From assembly GCF_022539665.2 (NCBI RefSeq), contig NC_081331.1:14074001-14138000 (forward strand): DNA of 64,000 nucleotides, given 5' to 3'. Shown piece after piece: positions 13,062 through 24,400 of the stretch (within the stretch, counting starts at the first letter, position 1; the number at the start of each line of letters is the position of its first letter). Under the pieces are notes generated by a model. The model had not been told where the DNA came from. It was given only the letters and a program-made list of their open reading frames with translations, and did not search any database. The position numbers and the translations under genes are program-made. The DNA comes from Daphnia carinata (lineage: Eukaryota).

Positions 13062-13704
13062 TTAGTGGTTCTCTTCCGAATCGAAATCCGAGCGAGAGCA
13101 AGCTAGTCTGCAGGCACGTTCTGATGCAAATCTGTTATCATTGCCATTACATCCCCCGTAGTTAAAAGGCGTGCATAGTCTAGTTGTAAAGTCGAAGAAG
13201 AAACTCGGAATGGACGCACGACAAGGTCCGACCACCTTTTGTTGCAAACACACGGTAGCAGTGATCACTGGGCCTGTATGAAGTAAAACACACGCACGTT
13301 CACGGATTAAATGATGGGTAGTACAAAAAATGAAACAATTTGTTTTACCTGTGGGTTCGGGACCACAGATCGCGTTGCATTGAGCCAACGTTTCAAATAG
13401 ATTGGCCGTTCCTCCGCAACCTCCATACACAAAACTATCGCAGACTCCAGTGGCTGAATTAAATGTCCAGGATGGAATAAACGCAAAGCAACTAATGTTG
13501 GAAGGTTCAACCGGAGGCAAACTGCACCTTTGCTGCTTCGTTAGCTGCGCAACAGCGTTCGTTCCTCCAGTAGTTGTTTGGCCTGGTTCAATGTAGAACT
13601 AATATTGAAATTTTAACTGCAATGATTGACCACCTACCTTGAGGCATAGCTCCAACGGCCATCGCGCAGAAGAGAAGCACAAGTTTACCGCACTGCCTCA
13701 ACAT
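13062..13704 (-). CDS. Secreted two-domain Kunitz inhibitor Kun-2
   Basis: ATG 13704, signal MLRQCGKLVLLFCAMAVGAMP, 3 coding exons; domains CSLPPVEPSNISCFAFIP... and CLQQKVVGPCRASIP...; stop at 13062. Confidence 0.88.
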
Positions 13705-14802
13705 GGTGGTGTTTTAATGAAAATGTTTCGACTTAACCTGCTGAATCACATAAATGTTAATTAAATAAATGCTTGTGGTGGTTCAGTTTATGATCTACCT
13801 TCTGTTGCTTTGTTTCGACTGAGCAGAAAAACTTATCAACTTATAGAAGTATTTAGCGATACCGTCCTTGTTGCAAACAAGTTTTCAATCAGCACGGATA
13901 GACACATTCCCTTGGCCCTTTTCTGTTTCGTTGCTCTGTACACGTTCATAATTATGTCATGGACGCCTAAGGCAAAGGGTATCACTGCAAAATCACGAGG
14001 GTAAAATATCATTTGATTTTCAACCTAGATGATTAACTAACCACTCGCAATGCTTTCCACTTCCTGCGGAAGATCGTGCTTATGGCAAATCGGCTTACAC
14101 GATCAATCGCAATCATTTTCTCTTTTTTTTCAAAAAAATGAAAATGAGGGAACAAAGAAAATTAATTTGGAGAATGTAACAACGCCAGGGACTTTTACGT
14201 AAATGATTGATAGACACGGAAAGGGTTTTATTGTCATGCATAATCTAATAACCCGAGGAGTTTGGTTTGCTACGTATAAACCAGTAGCGGAAACACTTTT
14301 ACGTGCTTTGCAGGCTATTTAGTGAGCGCTTGCCTCAATGCCAGGTGTTAAGGTCACGTTATCACTTGCACCTCGGGTGTCCGTTGGGCGATGTTGCTCA
14401 CCTTGTACCATTGCACAATATGCAAACTGTTTGATGGTCTACATTTAGAGGATAAGCGTTTTGTTTGTTTTCCGTATCAGTACGTCACGAAATGGTTGGG
14501 TTTGCACGTTATGATGTATTTTGTATTGGTAGAATTTGGTTTAACGATCTGTTGTACACTATTTTAAAACTCTTCTTTGTAAAAAGCGATTACCCTTCAC
14601 CGTATTCACAACATGCCATTGTGCTGTGTCTGTATAACAATAAATGTGTATAACGCATGGAAGTGCAGCTCCGCTTCAAACATCCTTGTTTCTGTCGGCT
14701 GTGTTGTACTTTTATTGTAATAGCCACGTGTTGGATTCAGGGGAAATCCCAACCGTTTGCCATTTTGTTACAACACAGAAAGTGACGTTCTTATATCATT
14801 CA

Positions 14803-15462
14803 CTAAACACTACCGAAATCGGCGGAAGAGCAAAGTTGTATGCAGTCCAATTCTGATTCAAATCTGTTTTCACTGCCACCACAACCACCGTAGCTAAACG
14901 GCATGCATTGTTTACGTCGTGTGTCGTAGTAGAAACTCGGAATGGCCGCAAAACAAGATCCGGCGTTCATTTGTTGCAAACACACAGAAGGAGAGACAAT
15001 TGGGACTGTGCAAAATAAGCACACGTTATTCCAATTCCAACATTTCATATCCCAGTTGTTGGATTAAATGGTGGGCAGTACAATCAAATGAAGCAATTTG
15101 TCTTACCTGGTTTGTTGTCACCACAGATGGAGTTACATTCAGCCAACGATTGATACAAATTGGTAGTTCCTCCGCAACCTCCATACCGAAAACGTACACA
15201 TATTCCCTTGGCTGAATCAAATGTCCAGGATGGAATATCCTTGTAGCATTCCTTGTTGGAAGGTTCAACCGGCGGTAAGCTGCACGTGTCTTCCCTCGTT
15301 TGCCGCACGTGAACGTACGTTTCTCCAGCAGTTGATTGATCTGTTCCAGTATAGAGCTAATATCTAGATTTTAAATGTAATGATTGACCACCTACCGAAA
15401 GGCATAGCTCCAACGGCCATCACGCAGAAGAGAAGCACAAGTTTACCGGTCTGACTCAACAT
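14803..15462 (-). CDS. Secreted two-domain Kunitz inhibitor Kun-3 (tandem duplicate of Kun-2)
   Basis: ATG 15462, signal MLSQTGKLVLLFCVMAVGAMP, same intron positions as Kun-2; domains CSLPPVEPSNKECYKDIP... and CLQQMNAGSCFAAIP...; stop at 14803. Confidence 0.85.
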
Positions 15463-16529
15463 GATCGTGTTTAATGAATATTGAGAATGTTTCAAATTAA
15501 CCTGTTGAAACACATAAGTGTTAATTAAATAAACAATAAATGCTTGTGATTGTTGAGTTTTTTATCTACCTTCTGTTGCTTTGTGTCGGCTGAACAGAAA
15601 AGCTCATCCACTTATAGGGATACTTAGCGGCACCGCCCTTGTTGCAAACAAGTTCTCAATCAGCGAGGATAAACACATTCCCTTGGCAATTTTCTGTTTT
15701 TTTGCATTGTATACGTGCATAATTATGCCACGGATGCCTAGCAACGAGTATCATTGTGTAATCCCAACGAGGGTAAATATCATTTGATTTTCAACCTAAA
15801 TGATTAACTAATCGCTCGCTATGCTTTCCATGTTCTGCGGCAGATCATGCTTGTGGCAAATCGGTTTACACCGTCAATGGCAATGATTTTGGTTTTCTTT
15901 AAAATAATGGAAATTTTTGAACAAGGAAAATTAATTTCGAGAATGTAATAACGCCAGGGACTTTTAGGTAAAAAGCATTGATAGACACGGAAGGGGTTTT
16001 ATTGTCATGCATAATCTAATCACGCGGGCAGTCTGGTTTGCCACATAAAAACCAATAGCGGAAATACTTTTACCTTAGCGCTGTCTCCGTGCCAGGCGTT
16101 AAGGTACCAGCTGAACCTCGGGAGTTCGTTGGGCGGGGTTGCTCACCTTGTACCATTCCACAATATGCAAACTGCTTGATGATCTACATTTAGGGAAGTA
16201 AGTGCTCTCTTTTGTGTGATTCAAGGTGAGCAACAGTCAGTCTGCATATATAATTCAATTTCTCATTCAAAATACAAAGGATGTGTGAGGGAAAAAAGGG
16301 TTTGGTTTGGTTAGTACAATTGGTACAATTTTACTGATCATTTTAACTTTTCAGCTAGCCATTGGCATCTCCAGTACAAATGGGAACGCGGAATGACTAG
16401 CTGAAACTTTCCACTGCTGTTTGAATAAAACGAACAAACAAACATACTGAATATCGAGATACAACGTCAACCCAAAGGAACTAAACTTGTGAAACGGGTA
16501 AGGTTGAAATGAATTGCTGCATGATAGTT

Positions 16530-17874
16530 TTACTTATACGTCTCTTGCGATTCGGCAGAAAGCTGATCTGAAACTTCTAAATCGTTCGAGCCCGGGCATG
16601 CCAGTTTACATGCATGTTCCGTAACGAATCGATTGTCATTGCCTTTACATCCGCCGTAAATGAACCGCGTGCATTTCTCTGTCGTGGCGTCATAAAAGAA
16701 CATTGGGAAGGCTCCCCGACAATGCCCAACGACTTTCGGTTGTAAACACAAAGGCAAATTGCTCGTTTGAACTGATTCATAAATAGAAGATCCATCAGTC
16801 AATGGTAAAAGACACACAATTGTACTATCTTTTTACCTATGGGTTCAGGACCACAAGCTGTGTCGCATTCGTCCAGCGAGTTGAACAGGTTAGCCGTTCG
16901 ACCGCAGCCTTCGTACACGTAACTCTGGCATTGGCCAACAGTCGAATTGAAAGTCCAAGACGGAACGAAAGCCAAACAACTTGCAGTACCCGGTTGAACA
17001 GGAGGTAAGTTACATTTCTCTCGCTTCGTCAGCTGAACGGCTTTCTCTGCCAACGTTAAAAAGAGAAAATTCAAAATAAATGTCCCCATCAGCCATCAAA
17101 TATTGGGATTGTCAATATACCTGGAGCGGTAGCGATGGTACTGTTGGCTAACTGTGGTAGCGTGAGTGGTGCTTGCTCCAGCCGATTGCATTTGAAATCA
17201 CACTGATGGTACGTTCGGAAGTTGTTGGCATTGCCACCGCAACCCGAATACACGAAAGACGTGCATTTCCCAGTTTGTGTATCGAAAAAAAAGCTCAAAA
17301 TCGAGGCGAGACAATTGCCAACAGCTTTCGGTTGCAAACACGGAGCTGACTGGTCGCTTTCGCTGATTAATTTCTGCAATCCTGCACGATTTCCCGATGC
17401 AAGGCAAAGAACGTGTTGTTCTTTATCCAAATTGCGATTAAAGTTAAAAAACTGTGACAAGCGTCGTACCTCGTCTGTTGCATCTAGACAGACAAGCGAA
17501 TTCATTTCGGAACAAATTGCCAGTGCTCCAGCAGCCCTCCCAGAAGAATTTCTTACAAACGCCCGTTATGTTGTCGTAATACCATCGCGGAATAAATCCA
17601 CTGCAACGTCGTTGATATAGCGAATGGCTGATGGGAGGCAGCACACAAACATCGATGTTGTTCTTAACAATGTCGTTGGCATGGCCATCAACGTGATTAA
17701 CAGCGTCGCCGTTATTGCCAAAAAAATTCTCTTCTGATGACTCGGATGGCCCTACAGCACGTACGTAATGAGTTAGAGGGACATGTTTAATGCTTTTGTT
17801 TACTTACGTGGCTTGGCCGAAACAGCTGAAATGATGCAGAAAAAGAAAATCCATTTAACTGATGTCTGCCACAT
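16530..17874 (-). CDS. Secreted four-domain Kunitz protein Kun-4
   Basis: ATG 17874, signal MWQTSVKWIFFFCIISAVSAKP, phase-consistent splice 17808 to 17751. Four Kunitz exons resemble the N-terminal domains of Kun-1. The 3' end is uncertain (possible extra exon about 16340-16410). Confidence 0.85.
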
Positions 17875-19290
17875 AATCTCAAAATGGTAGCCCAGAGATT
17901 AGAGTTGTATAAGGAAGAACACTCTAAAACTAAATATACTAATCGCTGTTTTGTTTTACTAGCTGTTGATGGTTCCACTCGACTGGGCCACCGACCACTT
18001 TCTGAAGTTCTTGCTACTCAAAATACCGTTGTTTGAATATAAAAACTCGTTTCTTCCTCACGGCGGCGGAGTGGTCCATTTTCTCTTCTTCTCTAACCAC
18101 CATGGAAATGTTCAAATGTCGTTATAAAGCAAGAAAAATTCAAACAAGTTTTACACAAAAAAAAAAGTAGTTAACTGGAGTTGTTTGTTACAATTAGCCC
18201 AGTCAATCATCTCAATGGACTCCACAGAGCTGTCTCTGAGCGTAACCTACCGACGCTTTCAAGTGAATCGAAAAACAAATGAACCACGATTCGCCGCTTG
18301 GTTAGGTAAGAAAAGAAAACGTGTTTGTTCACTTAGTGACTCTTCCTTTACCTTGGGAAATCCAAGGTAAGGGTGAAAGCCGACGAGATGACACACGTGC
18401 AAACGGAAAATCCGTACTCTTCCCCCTCTCGAAAGATTTGAGAAAAAAGAAAATTTGAGAGGAAGGATTACTTTACGACCCATCATTAACAGAAATGACG
18501 TAATGGCCAAAAAGCTTTGCTTACCTGTTCTGTATGCGATGTGACGTGTAGGAATAACAATCAACTTCAAGAGTGCCTTACGATAACTGCCTTTTATCTA
18601 AAAGATATTACAATGGAGGTAGGAATTCAATTTATTATGGGTACCAATTCAAAATATATTATTGACAATATTGAGCCCGACGAACACATCATCTTTTGTA
18701 GCCTACCTGTGGTTTCCGGGGACATACGCAAGGTGACTTGAATCTTGTGAAATTCAGACAGGTCTTGCAGACCAGTTTCTTCTCAAGCAGTGCATCATAA
18801 AACTATGTGTTCTATTTCATTATCTACATTCACTGAAAAAAAAAGAAACCATCAGATCGTTATATCAAAATTGAAGTTCCGACTACATCTGACATTGATA
18901 ACACAAGGTTACCTTGACAACTTTTCCTTAAGGCATTCATCGTTATGGATTCCGGATGCGTTCTGCATTATTGGCAGTTGTGCGACATTATTTGAATAGC
19001 TTTGTTTGACAGATGTCAACTATGGCCGCTACATGTTCCATATCGCGTACTGAGAAGAAGGGCCAGTTCCGATGTTGTTGCATAGCTGCAGCTCTTGGAT
19101 AACGAGAGACGGTTGACGTACGCAACTCACAACTCCACGCCGGTGAATCTTATCATGTCAAAGTGAAGACATTTTCCATTTCTTCGCTGACCACTGTACG
19201 TCATTTCGATTGAACATTTCGACAACGAACTTGAAATAGATTCCAGCAAATCTTCGCTTCGTTTTGGACAGGGACTGCTCTACGAAAAAC

Positions 19291-19298
19291 TATAAAAG
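19291..19298 (+). promoter_or_regulatory. Candidate TATA box of IR-B
   Basis: TATAAAAG about 125 bp upstream of the ATG at 19417, with a probable short 5'UTR intron between them. Confidence 0.5.
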
Positions 19299-19416
19299 CC
19301 AGGTGAACCAATAACAGACCATCAGATGTTAGATAACATTAGTTGAACATAGGTTGTCTGATTCGTGTGGATTGTGAACATACATTTTCGTTGCTGACCT
19401 CGTACGAATATCCAGG

Positions 19417-21464
19417 ATGTTGCTATTAGTCATCCTAATGATTTTATTATGGGCCGGAATGTGCGAGTTATCTGGCCCAACCTACGGATTTAATGGCGAT
19501 CGTTTAACATTTGTCCTCTTTCACGTAAGTTAAACGACAGTCACTGCTACGTATTATATAATAAAATTTTTTTTATTGTGTGGCCTTTGCGGAAACGTTG
19601 AAAGAATCCGCCGTACTCGACGGTGATTTTTCGTCCCGATGGAAACTACTCGTACACCGGAACTGGCCCATTATGGCAAACGTGGATGACTAAGAAACTC
19701 AATTTTACGTGAGTTGTTTTTATAGCTGATTTAATGGCATCCAAATCAATTAGAGATAGTGCCCCAGTCGTCAACCATTAAAGCTAATGTTCCCTGTGTT
19801 CAACGGAAACATTAACAGCATTAAGTACATGATGCTTAATCAAAGCACCATCCAGCAAAGCGGAATGTCCGATTTCGATTTGGCTATTCATCTTGTGTCT
19901 AGTAAAGTAAGGTAGCCTCTTATTTAAATTGAAAATGTATAAACCGGTTTAATTGTACCTGTATCACGTGAGCAGAAAGTGGACGTCTATTCCAACGGTG
20001 TAGTTGCCACTCCGGAACGAAAACAAATAGTGGATTTGACTTATTTTATTTGGACGGAACCCTATTCGATGGTCGTCCCTCAACCAGAAGAAGAATCGCG
20101 AATTTTTGCTTTCATTTATCCCTATCAACCAACGGTAAAATTCCTCTTTCTTATATTGTTGATTTTAATGTTAAAAACCAGTTAGCTGATGGATTAAACC
20201 GCGTTCAATTGTGGTTGGTACAGGTATGGCTACTGATTGTCATTGCCATGATCGCGATGGTGCTCTTCATGACTTTAATTTCAGTCCTATACGTGAAAAT
20301 TACTGACAATGGCACACCTGTTTTATCAGAACATCGAAAAACTGCGTTTGAGTACGCAAACGACTACACGATGCACATTTTCAGCTTGATAACCAATCAA
20401 GGTAAGCATTAGCTCATTCTTGTTTTCCTGTTGTTTGATGGTTTCATTTATTTATTACAAAATTAGGAGCTTATATTGCTGTCACCCGTTTCATGTCTCT
20501 TCGGGTTCTTATGGGAGTGTGGGTGTTGATGGCCACTGTTTTGGTGAACGTTTACTCGAGCACTGTCATCTCGTACCTGACAGTTCCCCGAACAAAACCG
20601 CCTATCAATACATTCGAAGATTTGGCCGCCAGCCCAGATGTTGGCATTCTTCTGCGTACTGAAGCTCTGATTACGCAGTACGTCTTGGTAATTAACAGCG
20701 CATTGTGAAATCATGCAACAACTTCCCTAATATTTGATTGTCTGATGCTTTGAAATTTCCCGTTTGAAAATAAATTAAAATGAAACGAACTGACAGACAG
20801 CCAAAACAGGGGCTCTGAAGACAATAGGCGATCATGCCCGTCGTCATCCGGACAGTTTATGGACGGACCAAGAGAAATTGAGTCGTCGTTTAGCAACTGG
20901 ACATTATGCCTATCCTTGGGTAACTTTCTTTGGTGTTGGGATATTGCTATTAATGATGCGCTAAACCTTGATCGTTCAACAGGTTCAAACATTTTGCGAA
21001 TTCTTTATCGTCAACCAATTCAAAAAGGATAGCGCTTGTCGTTTTCGAATGACCGATCCTTTACCCTTTCAGTCTGCCTTCTTCTCGATAGCGCTGCAGA
21101 AGAACAGCAAGTACACTCCAGCATTCAACAAAGCGTACGTTTCAACATCTTTCTTTCATTTTTGATGCATTAAACATGGCTTTTGTCTATGGTACACGTG
21201 TCATTTGTTCATAGTTTGATGGAGCTATGGGAAAGCGGGCTGTTTCCTTACTGGATGCGTAACGCCTTACCGCGGGCTCCGAAGTGCTTCGCTAGAACTA
21301 AACCACGAACGATATCGACTCAAAAAATGCCCATTCGTTTAGATGATTTACTCGGAGTTTTTTTTATTTTCGGTATTGGTTTGGGATTGGCAATATTGTC
21401 CATTTTTATCGAGAAAATTGTTTCCTGCGGAATCCGTCGGATGGCAGCGGCTGGCGAATGCTGA
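19417..21464 (+). CDS. Divergent ionotropic receptor, paralog IR-B, 9 coding exons
   Basis: Signal [20 protein letters not shown]; same intron positions as [57 protein letters not shown]. Confidence 0.9.
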
Positions 21465-24400
21465 GCGGTCACGTTTTCAAACTTCTTTTCATAAGCTATA
21501 CGCCTATATCTTTGTGGTTATAATGTCCTTATCCGTCGAATTGCGTCCGTTAGTTAATACGTAAATACCCAATGTATTGAGCAAATGCAAATATTAAAAG
21601 CATGTGAACCAAGCTTTACGGCAAAGAGTTCATAATCCTTCGCATAGCCAAACACAGGTAAGAAGCTGGTAGCACAAAAAAAAAAAGCAAAAACCATAGT
21701 TGCAAAGTAGTCAACAGATGGCCACGCACCACTTTTCTCTTTTGAAATGAAAAAAAAAGCAGGTAAATAAAAAAACAAGAAAGTTTTTATCCTCAGTCCC
21801 ATCTTGCTTTCTACGAAACGGCGTCACAGGCTTCGCTACGTAACCAAGTGGAACTGTAAACACACTCACGTTTTGGTAAAGGTGTATGTACTCGAGGACG
21901 AGTGGTAGGTATTTAAAGCCCTCATTGAATTAGCGAAGGGTAGAATTAGTTGAACAAATGACACGCGTGTCTGAAAGTAGTGCAATAATAAAGCTGGAAA
22001 CGTGAAATTAAATCATCAGAATGCTTTCATTTTAAGTACTGTACAATATATATGTTGTTGTGACATTTAGCGACGGCTTTCATCGTTTATCGTGTAGAAA
22101 CGAGATTTAATTAAGCGTGAAGTTAAATACAAATTGTACGTTAGAATTCTTGTCGTAGAGTTAATCAAATCGTTGGTCGGACGTGATTCTCACATTATTT
22201 TCCCATTCTTGCCATTTCCGTACCTTCACGGACTCTTAAGCTGTTTCCATACTCAGCAATAGTGCATTTAAGGTAACCATCGAAGCGACCATCGAAGATA
22301 ACCATCGAAGTATAAACTCTGCATTTCCGGAATCTCCAGTCGTTTCTCAATGACTGTGAGATTTTTATCTCATAAATCCGAAACTAGCAAGGTGAAACGT
22401 GTTTCGCTTTCAACACCTGCCTTCACCAGAGTCCTACGGGAAATTCCCGTTTTTGGGGTCACTCAGGGCCACGATCTATTCTTACAGCACACTATTTAAA
22501 GCGCCCTTTGCAAACGTCTCACGAGATCTGCATCGTCTAAGTGAATGGCACCTGACACACGAATACTGTCGATCACGTTTTAATCAAATTCTTCCTAGTC
22601 CCTCATAACCAGGTACAATAAAAAGAACTAAACATTAAGTGACACAACGAAAAGAGTTCTGTTAGAGCAATCGCTTTAATGAAACCAGGAAACAGGTTTA
22701 TAATATCAAAATTATTTGCTTGTCATGTTACTGTCAGAAAAACACGAACTGAGTTACCTCCTTAAAATTAATTATGCATCGCCGCACATGAATGCGTGTC
22801 GGCAGGTCCTCACTATATTCAAACGCATACGTTAAATGAAATCGTGATTGTATGGAGTTCGCATTGCTGTGTTAAAGACCAAAAGCCCCGTGTGCCACCT
22901 GTCCTGTAAATAATCAAGTAGACAAACTGAAACTGCTGGAACTTACGTTGATGTAGCCGTAACGTTATGCCTTCCCGTGTTCATCATTCAAATCGAAATG
23001 GTGGACCTTCACCTATAAAACTCACGGAATAATTGCCTAACGGAACACTGATACGAGTCTCTTGTTCTACGAACGTTGGAAACTGTGCGGGACGGAACAA
23101 GACTGGGTCACATGTACCGGAGGAAGCTGATCCGTGAAAAATAGGAAAATACACGGGCAACTGGCAGTTTGCGTGGTACGCGCAAGTTTCATGTCGAAAT
23201 GATTTTGGGAAAAAGGCGTGTCACCGGAGGTCTAAGTCCTATCAAATTGGCCATCCTTTTCCGTCTTGCACAGGGGAACCGTTAGAAAAAGAATAGGAAC
23301 AAGAAGATGAGATCGAAAAAGCCAAGTATTCTTTGCATTTTCCACCGTTTACCTGCGTGAATGTCAAACCCCAAAGATTAACGACGTCCCATTGCACGGA
23401 AAAACCAAACAACAACAAAATCGCTACACATGGGAGTGGAAAAAAGAAAAGAAATATGTGTAATGAGCTGACATAATAACGGATGAAAAATAATTGAATG
23501 TTTAATGCTCAAACGTGGAAAAAATACACTCGCTGAAATGATTCTAGTCGGGGCTATTATTTTCCCCCTCGATGATTTAAAAACGCATTTTCTTGTTTGG
23601 TTTTGCAGAGATGCAACGGACCTGATCTAACAAAGGTAGCGAGATGTACAAATAACGTTACTATTCGTTACCCTTTTTGGTTTGCTTCCATTTATAATAC
23701 TCTCCATCAGTTAGAATGATATCAACCTTGAAGCCCACCTGTGCGCAGGCGCAACACTTTGCAGGGAAGCCAAATACATCCCTCCCCTTAATTTTTTCCT
23801 TCCATCATTCATCATCCGCAGCGTGATTCTCACGTCCTTCACGGTTGATGCCATCCTTTAGAAATGTTCTTTGCCAGTGGATAACAATCGAAGAAGCAAT
23901 CCTCTGTTTTACCCCCACCGGCTGTGGCACAAAATGCACTTTCGCCCTCGTAACTCAAATTTATGGAACCCGGACGGCGCCATCCTTGCTTTTTTAAAAA
24001 TAAAATGACAAACAATAAAATTGTTTCGTTATTCGATTGCGAAACCTTTTATTGTACCATGTTCCTATTCTCGTGATTCAATATAATTTCACGGTTAGCT
24101 AGTTGCTATTAAGCTAATTCACAAATCATAGGGTAATGGCAAACTATATAGAAACAGATGTTTGATGAGTCGTGAAAGTGTTGTTAACGTGCCCCCTGTT
24201 GGTCTCGTAGCCTTGTCGTCGCACTTTCGACAAAAATGAATTTTCACGAACGTCATCTGTTGTTTCCTCTTGTTCCAAAACTGTGCTAATACCGTTGTCC
24301 GTAGCACGAAAGACTTGTTCTTGTTTCTTTTAGCGAGAGAGACGGTACATCCCCCGTGTTTTTTTAAAAACAACTCCTTAAAAAAAAAAAATTTAGAGTC

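Larger units (their letters stand above)
12380..16200. repeat. Tandem segmental duplication of the Kun-2/Kun-3 unit
   Basis: Flanks align by eye: about 12380-12740 with 14470-14800, and about 13600-14450 with 15360-16195. Confidence 0.85.

Noticed and set aside
18259..18570. 103-aa ORF as the first coding exon of Kun-4
   Set aside because: A clean signal-peptide exon starts at 17874; the upstream pieces look like 5'UTR exons.
22276..22310. ACCATCGAAG x3
   Set aside because: Tiny local slippage repeat with no supporting context.
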